From Alloprevotella sp. (GTDB lineage Bacteria > Bacteroidota > Bacteroidia > Bacteroidales > Bacteroidaceae), in assembly GCA_045124135.1 (NCBI GenBank), contig JBGVLE010000076.1, forward strand, positions 19,382-83,381: a stretch of 64,000 nucleotides of DNA, in the 5' to 3' direction. Below the pieces are notes generated by a model. The model was not told the DNA's origin, did no database searches, and worked only from the letters and a program-made list of their open reading frames with translations. Below are positions 57,015 to 64,000 of the stretch, piece after piece. The position numbers were made by a program, and so were the translations under genes. Each line of letters opens with the position of its first letter. The stretch's first letter is position 1.

Positions 57015-59303
57015 ATGTCTTTTGATTTTCAGTCTGCGCTCAACGAAGCACAATGGGATGCCGTGGCCTATTGCGACGGCCCCTCGCTCGTCATTGCCGG
57101 AGCCGGTTCCGGCAAGACGCGTGTGCTCACGTATAAGATAGCCTATCTCATCTCGCAGGGTATGATGCCGTGGCAGATTCTGGCACTCACTTTCACCAAC
57201 AAGGCCGCCCGTGAAATGAACGACCGCATTGCCGGCGTAGTGGGCGAGGAGGCCGCACGCCAAGTGTGGTCGGGTACATTCCACAGCATATTTGCCCGCA
57301 TACTCCGCATCGAAGCCGCCTATACGGGCTATCCCTCCGACTTCACCATCTACGACGCCTCCGACAGTCTCAGCCTCATCAAGTCCCTCATCAAAGAACA
57401 AGGACTCGACGACAAGGTCTACAAACCCCGCCATATCGCTTCACTTATCTCCGAGGCCAAGAATGCGTTGATATTGCCCGCACAATACCTGTCGGACCCC
57501 GCCATTGCCCAACGCGACCGCATTGCCAATGTCGCTATGGCCGGAACGCTCTATGCCCTTTACAATCAACGCCTCAAGGCGGCCAACGCGATGGACTTCG
57601 ACGACCTGCTGCTACAGGCTTGGTTGCTCTTCGATCAGCATCCCGACGTGACGCAGCGCTATCGTGAGCGCTTCCGCTACATCCTCATCGACGAATATCA
57701 GGACACCAATGCCGTGCAACACCAGATAGTGCGCCAGTTGGCTGCCACCGACGCCCGTGTGTGTGTGGTAGGCGACGACGCGCAGAGCATTTATTCGTTT
57801 CGTGGCGCACGCATCGACAATATCCTCGGCTTTCAGAGTCAATATCCTTCCACCCGTCTCATCAAGCTGGAGCGCAACTACCGTTCCACGCAGACCATTG
57901 TCAACGCTGCCAACAGCCTCATCCGCCACAACAAGAGCCAGATACCCAAAGAGGTGTATAGTCAGCAGGAACAGGGTGAGCCGCTCAAGGTATTCCAGAC
58001 CTACAGCGAGAAAGACGAGAGTGCCAAGATAGCAGGCGAGGTCCACAGGCTGCACAATTGGGAAAGCGTCCCCTACGACCAAATCGCCTTGCTCTACCGC
58101 ACCAATGCACAGAGCCGCTCGTTTGAAGAGACGTTCCGCACGATGGGGATACCTTATCGCATTTACGGCGGCCTTTCGTTTTATCAGCGCAAGGAGGTGA
58201 AAGACCTCATCGCCTATTTCCGCCTGGTGTGCAACCCTCACGACGAAGAGGCCTTTAAGCGCATCATCAACTATCCGGCACGTGGCATCGGTCAGACCAC
58301 GTTGGGCAAAATCCAGATGGCGGCCACGGCTTCGGGGATGTCGCTCTGGCAGGTCTGCTCGGCACCCGACGACTTCGGCCTGGCACTCAACAAAGGCACA
58401 AAGGCCAAACTGCAAAACTTCGTGGCACTGATGGTGGGCTTCAGAGAGCGACTGCACAGCGACTGTGGCTCTGTCTTGGCTTTGGAAATCATCCGGCGAA
58501 GCGGCATCCGCGCCGAGCTCCAGGCAGACCTTAGTCCTGAAGGTGTCAGCCGGCAAGAAAACGTCGAGGAGTTGCTTAATGCCATCAAGGCCAATGAGGC
58601 TGAGGTCTATGAGGAAAGCGGCAACGACCGCGTGCTCCTCACCGACTATCTCGCACAAGTGGCCCTGCTCACCGATGCCGACGAGAAAGAAGACACTACG
58701 CCGCGCGTGTCACTCATGACGATACACGCAGCCAAGGGTCTGGAGTTTGACACGGTTTTCGTCACCGGGCTTGAAGAAGACTTGTTCCCTAACGCCAACG
58801 CCAAGCTCTATCCGCGAGAGATGGAAGAAGAGCGCCGCCTTTTTTATGTGGCCATCACGCGTGCTAAAAAGCGGTGTTACCTCACCTATGCCACAAGCCG
58901 TTTCCGCTTTGGTAAGATTGAGTTTGGCCATGTGAGTCCTTTCGTCGGCGAGATTGATGCGCGTTTTCTTGATCAGCGTCAGGCGCAATCGGCCGGTCGT
59001 TTCTCGTCGCCGTCTTCGTCTTCCGGTTTCACGTCCCGGCCATCTTTCTTTTCTTCGAAGCCTTCTGTGCCGCAGCCGCCCAAGCCCACAATGCAGCGGG
59101 TGGCACCTGCGCCGGCCGGACCTTCACTCCAGTCCAACGGCACCCTTTCAGTGGGTATGAGGGTGGCGCATGAGCGGTTCGGCAAAGGCACCATCGAGGC
59201 GCTCGAAGGCACCGGCGACAGCGCCAAAGCCCGAGTCAACTTCGACAATGCCGGTTGCAAAAACCTCCTCCTCAAGTTTGCGCGGCTCACCGTCATCGGG
59301 TAA
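57015..59303 (+). CDS. pcrA: ATP-dependent DNA helicase UvrD/PcrA
   Basis: AGAGSGKT, DEYQD, GDDAQSIY, NYRS, TIHAAKGLEF, EERRLFYVAITRA; C-terminal tudor-like domain. Confidence 0.93.
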   Translation: MSFDFQSALNEAQWDAVAYCDGPSLVIAGAGSGKTRVLTYKIAYLISQGMMPWQILALTFTNKAAREMNDRIAGVVGEEAARQVWSGTFHSIFARILRIEAAYTGYPSDFTIYDASDSLSLIKSLIKEQGLDDKVYKPRHIASLISEAKNALILPAQYLSDPAIAQRDRIANVAMAGTLYALYNQRLKAANAMDFDDLLLQAWLLFDQHPDVTQRYRERFRYILIDEYQDTNAVQHQIVRQLAATDARVCVVGDDAQSIYSFRGARIDNILGFQSQYPSTRLIKLERNYRSTQTIVNAANSLIRHNKSQIPKEVYSQQEQGEPLKVFQTYSEKDESAKIAGEVHRLHNWESVPYDQIALLYRTNAQSRSFEETFRTMGIPYRIYGGLSFYQRKEVKDLIAYFRLVCNPHDEEAFKRIINYPARGIGQTTLGKIQMAATASGMSLWQVCSAPDDFGLALNKGTKAKLQNFVALMVGFRERLHSDCGSVLALEIIRRSGIRAELQADLSPEGVSRQENVEELLNAIKANEAEVYEESGNDRVLLTDYLAQVALLTDADEKEDTTPRVSLMTIHAAKGLEFDTVFVTGLEEDLFPNANAKLYPREMEEERRLFYVAITRAKKRCYLTYATSRFRFGKIEFGHVSPFVGEIDARFLDQRQAQSAGRFSSPSSSSGFTSRPSFFSSKPSVPQPPKPTMQRVAPAPAGPSLQSNGTLSVGMRVAHERFGKGTIEALEGTGDSAKARVNFDNAGCKNLLLKFARLTVIG

Positions 59304-59309
59304 CTATGC

Positions 59310-59358
59310 CAAACATCCCCGCCACTTCTGCAAAGCGCAGTGTGGCGGGGATGTCGTT
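59310..59358. terminator. Hairpin between convergent helicase and lipoprotein genes
   Basis: ACATCCCCGCCAC / GTGGCGGGGATGT. Confidence 0.65.
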
Positions 59359-59378
59359 TCTGGTGAAGTCGGTGTGGC

Positions 59379-60218
59379 TTATTTCGCTTTCTTCTGTATG
59401 CCGGCAATCAGCTGCTTGGCATAGTCGGTGAGCAGGGGTTGTATCTCGGCATAGGGAATGGTGCAGTCGGGCATACCCATGGCATAGCAGGCAATCTCAT
59501 AGGCTTGGTATTGGAATTTGACGCCGTCAGGCTTGAGCGCGGGAGCTTGGGCGGGCAGCGTGAACTCATTGAAATCGCTCAGCGTGCACGACTGGTATTC
59601 GTCTTTGGCCAGCACGTGCTTCTGGATGAGTTTCAGCAATTTGTCTTTGCCTTTGGACAGGACGATGTCGTCTAAGGTGAGTTGTTTGCCCGTATTGGCG
59701 TCGAACGTGGCAATCATCTCCATCGGCATGCCGTGGGCACCGCCGGTGTAGACATAGCTTTCGCCCTCGTAGGTGATAAACGTGGGATAGCTGCATTCTA
59801 AGTCTATGTCCATTTTCAAGCTATATGGCGGCATGGGATGCTCTTCGTTGGCAAAGTCGGCCTGAACCTTGTCGCCTTCGGCTATGAACGCTTTGGCCGC
59901 CGTCTTGATGGCTTCAATCGGGTCGTTGAGGTCGGTGGCCTTCGCGTCGCATTGTTTCAGCAGATAAAGGCGTATGGCGTCCACCACCTTGGGGTTGCCG
60001 CTTGTGGGATAGTCCATCTCCAGCTCGTAGCGCGACTTCTGTCCCATCTCCACTTTGAGTTTTTTTGTTGCAAACTTCTGGTCGGCTGCAGGCGCAGTGT
60101 CTTGCGTTTGGGCCGCCGTAGAGTCTTTGGCGGTGTCTTTGTTGGCTTGTTCAGATTTGCATGAAACCGTGGCGCCGGCAATGACGACAGCGGCGGCAAT
60201 AAGAAGCAGTTTTTTCAT
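59379..60218 (-). CDS. DUF3298/DUF4163 (RsiV-like) lipoprotein
   Basis: Lipobox TVSC; YTGGAHG, FQYQAYEIACYAMG. Confidence 0.8.
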   Translation of the reverse strand: MKKLLLIAAAVVIAGATVSCKSEQANKDTAKDSTAAQTQDTAPAADQKFATKKLKVEMGQKSRYELEMDYPTSGNPKVVDAIRLYLLKQCDAKATDLNDPIEAIKTAAKAFIAEGDKVQADFANEEHPMPPYSLKMDIDLECSYPTFITYEGESYVYTGGAHGMPMEMIATFDANTGKQLTLDDIVLSKGKDKLLKLIQKHVLAKDEYQSCTLSDFNEFTLPAQAPALKPDGVKFQYQAYEIACYAMGMPDCTIPYAEIQPLLTDYAKQLIAGIQKKAK

Positions 60219-60351
60219 GATAGGTATGAGGAATTTTGAGGTTAAATAGTCAAGTCTTGTCGTTATGACAGGCCAAAGATAGCCAAAGCCGCCGGATGCG
60301 CCGCGGTGTTTATCATTAAAAAAGTGTAAAGCAGCCTTTTGTCATATAGAT

Positions 60352-60391
60352 AAAGAGAAGCCACCTTCTTGTGTGAAGATGGCTTCTCTTT
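60352..60391 (-). terminator. Terminator after tRNA-Lys
   Basis: AAAGAGAAGCCA / TGGCTTCTCTTT. Confidence 0.75.
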
Positions 60392-60467
60392 TGGTGATTC
60401 GCTTGGGGTTCGAACCCAAGACCCCAACATTAAAAGTGTTGTGCTCTACCAGCTGAGCTAGCGAATC
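60392..60467 (-). tRNA. tRNA-Lys (anticodon UUU), CCA encoded
   Basis: GATTCGC acceptor stem, AGCTCAGCTGGTAGAGC D arm, loop CTTTTAA, GGTTCGAACC T arm. Confidence 0.97.
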
Positions 60468-60493
60468 AAACCGTTATTGCTGTTAAGCGAGTG

Positions 60494-60501
60494 CAAAGAT
60501 A
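60494..60501 (-). promoter_or_regulatory. Bacteroidota sigma-A -7 box (TATCTTTG) of the tRNA-Lys gene
   Basis: Matches TAnnTTTG, 26 nt upstream of the tRNA 5' end; same octamer as in the dispersed element. Confidence 0.7.
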
Positions 60502-60597
60502 GCGGTTTCGCCAGTATCTGCCAAGTGTTTCGCCGCTTTTTTTGCTTGAACTGTTGTTTTTTTTGTCAAAACGGGAAGGCGTTGCCTGTCTCTCAGG

Positions 60598-61797
60598 TCA
60601 GTAGTCTGTGTTTTTTTGCCATTCGGGCGTCTTCCATAGTCCGTGGGTGAAGTCCGGTATGGGCGTGGGCCGGCTGCCGGCTGCTGCCGAGAGGGCCGTG
60701 AGCGGGCTGAGGCTCGACCATTCGGCGGCGTCGTAAACGTCGATGTCGAGCGGCAGTCCGTGACGGAGGCAGTGGATGAGCCGTGCGTCCATTGCGTAGT
60801 TCATTTCGTTAGGCACTCCTATGGCGTGGCCTTCTTCCCATAGCCGGGCAGCGTGTCCTGAGGTGAATTGTCTGGCATAGGCCAAAGCCTTGTCGCCGAT
60901 GAGGGTGTCGCCGGTTTGTGGTGTGAAGATGGTGGGTTGCGGATATTTCTGCATGAAACCCTTTGTGCCGCACACGGTCTGCAGACGGTTGTAGGGCCGC
61001 TGCGTCGACACGTCGAGTTGCAGCATGATGGTGGCGCCTTTGGCCGTGTGGATGAGTGTGGTGTTAAGCGGCGGCGTGAGGTTGTCGTTGTCCTTGTGGG
61101 TGTTCGACATTGACACGAGATATTGCATACGGTCTCCGCGGTGCAGTCCTATGAGATGGGCGATGGGGCCCAAGGCATGGGTGGGGTAGGGATTGGCACC
61201 GTGTCTCAGCAGACTGCGCTGCATCCAGCTGGGCTCTATCGGTCGGCCTTCTTCGTCGCGCTGGTCGGCGAGGTGGTGTATGTAAGCGCCTTCGAGGTGG
61301 GTGAGCCGGCCGAGCTGGCCTTGTCGGTAGATTTCGAGTGTGGCCAGTGCGTAACGGTCATAGCAGCAGTTTTCGGTCATGAAGCAGTGCCGTCGGGTGG
61401 CCTCGGCGGTTTCGACGAGCAGGTGACACTCTTCGATGGTCGTGGCTGCCGGCACCTCCACGGCCACGTGCTTGCCCTGTCGCATGGCTTCCACGGCCAT
61501 AGGCGTGTGGGTGTGCCAGTCGGTGCAGATATAGATGAGGTCAATGTCGTTATGCCGGCAGGCCTCTTTCCATCCGTCTTCGCCTGCGAGCAGTTGGGCT
61601 TTGGGGCGTCCGCTCCGCATCAGTTCGTCGTTGGCGGCTATGAGCCGCTCTTCGTCGAGGTCGGCCAGCAGGCGTATTTCAGCGCCACGAATGAAGGCAT
61701 AGCGGCGCAGGGTTTTGAGCCCTCTGCCGCCCAGGCCGATGAGGGCAATGCGCACAAGGGGGATAGGCTCACAGCGCAGTTGGAAGACGTCTTTCAT
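60598..61797 (-). CDS. Gfo/Idh/MocA oxidoreductase, GH109-like
   Basis: IGLGGRG, HVAVEVPAA, MTENCCY, GAYIH, YPTH motifs. Confidence 0.8.
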   Translation of the reverse strand: MKDVFQLRCEPIPLVRIALIGLGGRGLKTLRRYAFIRGAEIRLLADLDEERLIAANDELMRSGRPKAQLLAGEDGWKEACRHNDIDLIYICTDWHTHTPMAVEAMRQGKHVAVEVPAATTIEECHLLVETAEATRRHCFMTENCCYDRYALATLEIYRQGQLGRLTHLEGAYIHHLADQRDEEGRPIEPSWMQRSLLRHGANPYPTHALGPIAHLIGLHRGDRMQYLVSMSNTHKDNDNLTPPLNTTLIHTAKGATIMLQLDVSTQRPYNRLQTVCGTKGFMQKYPQPTIFTPQTGDTLIGDKALAYARQFTSGHAARLWEEGHAIGVPNEMNYAMDARLIHCLRHGLPLDIDVYDAAEWSSLSPLTALSAAAGSRPTPIPDFTHGLWKTPEWQKNTDY

Positions 61798-61910
61798 TGG
61801 CGGGAAGGTTTAAGGTGTGAAGGGCAGTGCGGCTTGACCGTCTAAAAATACACCGGCGGGTGTATCGTCCGTTTTGGTGATACACCCGCCGTATGAATAA
61901 GGCTTTTATA

Positions 61911-62165
61911 TTACTTCTTCTGTGATTTACCGTAACGGCTCATGAACTTGTCTACGCGGCCGGCGGTGTCGACGAGCTTGGACTTACCGGTGTAGAAGGG
62001 GTGAGACGAGCTTGAGATTTCGAGTTTCACTACGGGATAGGTCTCGCCTTCAAATTCAACAGTGTCGTTGGTTTTGCAGGTAGAGCGAGAGAGGAACATG
62101 TCGCCGTTGCTCATGTCTTTGAATACGACGGGACGATAGTTCTCGGGATGAATGCCTTTTTTCAT
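61911..62165 (-). CDS. rpmE2: 50S ribosomal protein L31, type B
   Basis: [17 protein letters not shown]...[12 protein letters not shown]...GRVDKF. Confidence 0.96.
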   Translation of the reverse strand: MKKGIHPENYRPVVFKDMSNGDMFLSRSTCKTNDTVEFEGETYPVVKLEISSSSHPFYTGKSKLVDTAGRVDKFMSRYGKSQKK

Positions 62166-62377
62166 TGTTGCTATGTCTTTTTAGTGATTTCTAATGGATT
62201 GCGTTGTTGGTAAACTGGTTGTTTCGTGCAATGGGATTGAAACGGCGGCAAAGTTACGTTTTTCTCTCTAAAAGGCAAAGGTTTAGTGCCTTAAAATTTT
62301 TCGCCGTGACCCGTTGCTGCCGAATTTTGGCATAGTTGGGAAAAGGCGAAAGCCGTGTGTGGCAACGCCCAGCCGTT

Positions 62378-62662
62378 TTTGTCTTTTTGCTATCCGGCTT
62401 TTGGGCTTATCTTTGAGGTAGGATAAAAGAAGAGGAGGCCTTTTGGGGTCTCCTCTTTGTATTTCAGATGTTTACGGGGCTAAGGACAGGAAAAACTGGC
62501 ATAAGGACAGGATTTTCTGCGATACTGACAGTTTTTCTTCTCTGCCGTTTCGTCTCATTTTCATACCATTCCGCCAATTTTTTGTGCCGTGTGGCCGCTT
62601 CCGGCCGTATGGGCTGTTGAAAGATGTGGCATTGCGTCACGGTCGACCGGCGGTTTTGTCTG
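62378..62662 (+). repeat. Dispersed ~285-bp intergenic element, copy 6 (inverted orientation)
   Basis: TTGTCTTTT 62379-62387; TATCTTTG 62408-62415; hairpin 62430-62457; unit centres 62480/62501/62522; CGTCAC 62635. Confidence 0.85.
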
Positions 62663-62670
62663 GCCCGGTC

Positions 62671-63816
62671 TTAACACGTGGCAGCCATGGCGCGCTCGAG
62701 GCGGTCGATGAAGTCGTCGGCCTGGGCGACGGTGAGGCAGAGGGGCGGCAAGAGGCGGAGGATGTTGGTCGAGGCCGTGCCGGTGAACACGTGTTCTTCT
62801 TTCACCAGATGCGTCCGCAGGGCCTTGATGGGTTGGGCGTATTCGATGCCAATCATCAAGCCTTCGCCACGCACGTCGGTGATGGCGGGATTGTTTTCGG
62901 CCAATTCACGGAGGCGTTTCAAGAGATGGGCACCCACGTGGGCGGCATTGTCGATGAGTTTTTCGCCCTCGATGACGTCGAGAACGGCAAGGGCTGCCGC
63001 ACAGGCCAGATGGTTGCCGCCGAAGGTGGTGCCGAGTTGGCCGTAGACGGCCTGGAATTTGGGCGAAATCAAGACACCGCCCATCGGGAAGCCGTTGCCG
63101 ATGCCTTTGGCCACGGTGATGAGGTCGGGACGTACGCCCAAATGCTGATGGGCAAAGAAGCGGCCGCTGCGGCCATAGCCACATTGTATTTCGTCACAGA
63201 TGAGCACCGTGCCTTTGGCGTCGCAGGCCTCACGCAGTCCCTGCATGAATTCTGCAGTAGCCATACGGATGCCACCCACGCCTTGGATACACTCCACGAT
63301 GACGGCAGCCACGTCGCCTTTGTCAAGCTCGGCCTTGAAGGCATCAAGGTCGTTGAGCGGCAAGAAGGTGACGTGTCCGTTCTGATTGATGGGCGCCACG
63401 ATTTTGGGGTTGTCGGTGGCTTCGACGGCCAGTGAGGTGCGGCCGTGGAAAGCATGGCCGGCGGCCAGGACGCGACGGCGACCTGTATGGAACGAGGCCA
63501 GCTTCAGTGCATTTTCATTGGCTTCGGCGCCCGAGTTGATGAGGAAAAACGCATAGTCTTCATAGCCGCTGGCCTTGCCAAGTCGCTCGGCCAGACGTAC
63601 TTGCAGACTGTTTTCCACCGAGTTGGAATAGAAGCCCAACGTGGCGGCCTGGCGGCTGATGGCTTCCACATAGTGCGGATGGCAATGGCCTATGCTGATG
63701 ACGGCATGGCCGCCGTAGAGATCAAGATATTCGGTGCCGTGGGTGTCCCAGACGTGGCAACCGCGACCTTTGGCAATTTCAATGTCAAAGAGGGGATAGA
63801 CAGGATAAAGTTGCAT
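62671..63816 (-). CDS. argD: Acetylornithine aminotransferase
   Basis: DLYGGHAV, NSGAEANE, FHGRT, DEIQCG.GRSG, AKG, GTTFGGN; downstream of argC. Confidence 0.92.
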   Translation of the reverse strand: MQLYPVYPLFDIEIAKGRGCHVWDTHGTEYLDLYGGHAVISIGHCHPHYVEAISRQAATLGFYSNSVENSLQVRLAERLGKASGYEDYAFFLINSGAEANENALKLASFHTGRRRVLAAGHAFHGRTSLAVEATDNPKIVAPINQNGHVTFLPLNDLDAFKAELDKGDVAAVIVECIQGVGGIRMATAEFMQGLREACDAKGTVLICDEIQCGYGRSGRFFAHQHLGVRPDLITVAKGIGNGFPMGGVLISPKFQAVYGQLGTTFGGNHLACAAALAVLDVIEGEKLIDNAAHVGAHLLKRLRELAENNPAITDVRGEGLMIGIEYAQPIKALRTHLVKEEHVFTGTASTNILRLLPPLCLTVAQADDFIDRLERAMAATC

Positions 63817-63878
63817 ATGAAGGTTTTGAGGCAGGCCGGTCGGCCTGTGTGGGGAGTGATGATTTCTGAAATAATCGC

Positions 63879-64000
63879 TCAGAAGCCGAGCGGTTTGAGA
63901 CGCAGTCCGGTGGTCTCTTCAAGCCCGAACATGAGGTTCATATTTTGCACGGCCTGGCCCGACGCGCCTTTGAGCAGGTTGTCGATGCACGCCGTGACCA
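63879..64000 (-). CDS. argC: N-acetyl-gamma-glutamyl-phosphate reductase, C-terminal end (partial)
   Basis: Manual translation [39 protein letters not shown]. Confidence 0.92.
   Translation of the reverse strand, partial: VTACIDNLLKGASGQAVQNMNLMFGLEETTGLRLKPLGF

Noticed and set aside
58960-59130. Ser/Pro-rich low-complexity segment in the helicase
   Set aside because: Ordinary disordered linker before the UvrD/PcrA C-terminal domain
60219-60597. Genomic island integrated at tRNA-Lys
   Set aside because: No integrase, no duplicated tRNA 3' end in the window, and flanking genes have host-like composition
61911-62165. Zn-free L31 as a sign of a zinc-starvation paralogue
   Set aside because: Type B L31 is the usual form in Bacteroidales and no Zur-like site was identifiable

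Overview
A 64-kb stretch of core chromosome from a GC-rich Bacteroidales bacterium, probably Prevotellaceae (inferred from protein family resemblance and recurrent TAnnTTTG promoter boxes). It holds about 58 housekeeping and metabolic genes: nusB (partial), pdxA, rlmN, the pheA-aminotransferase-DAHP/CM-tyrA operon, aroB, ilvE, etfB-etfA-acyl-CoA dehydrogenase, leuB, queA, fabI, zapA, rny, a sigma70, lpxK, sppA, xth, uvrD/pcrA, rpmE2, argD and argC (partial), plus one tRNA-Lys(UUU). I saw no integrase, transposase, prophage or CRISPR array. The main unexplained structure is a dispersed intergenic element of about 285 bp, present six times in both orientations (541-825, 12311-12597, 30062-30348, 41480-41835, 54236-54520, 62378-62662). 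The copies differ strongly in sequence but keep the same geometry: a TTGTCTTTT-N20/21-TAYCTTTG promoter-like module, a hairpin, 3-4 quasi-palindromes (CCTGTC-N5-GACAGG) at an exact 21-bp period, and a distal CGTCAC-N16-TGAAC block about 248 bp from the promoter box. I do not recognise it as a named family. Also found, and absent from the ORF track: a Phe/Tyr-rich leader peptide with terminator/antiterminator upstream of pheA, and a 56-aa 2x[4Fe-4S] ferredoxin. Other points of note are a frameshifted amt, a putative phospholipid head-group cluster, and several enzymes lacking canonical catalytic motifs. All product calls come from motif recognition by eye; no database search was run.
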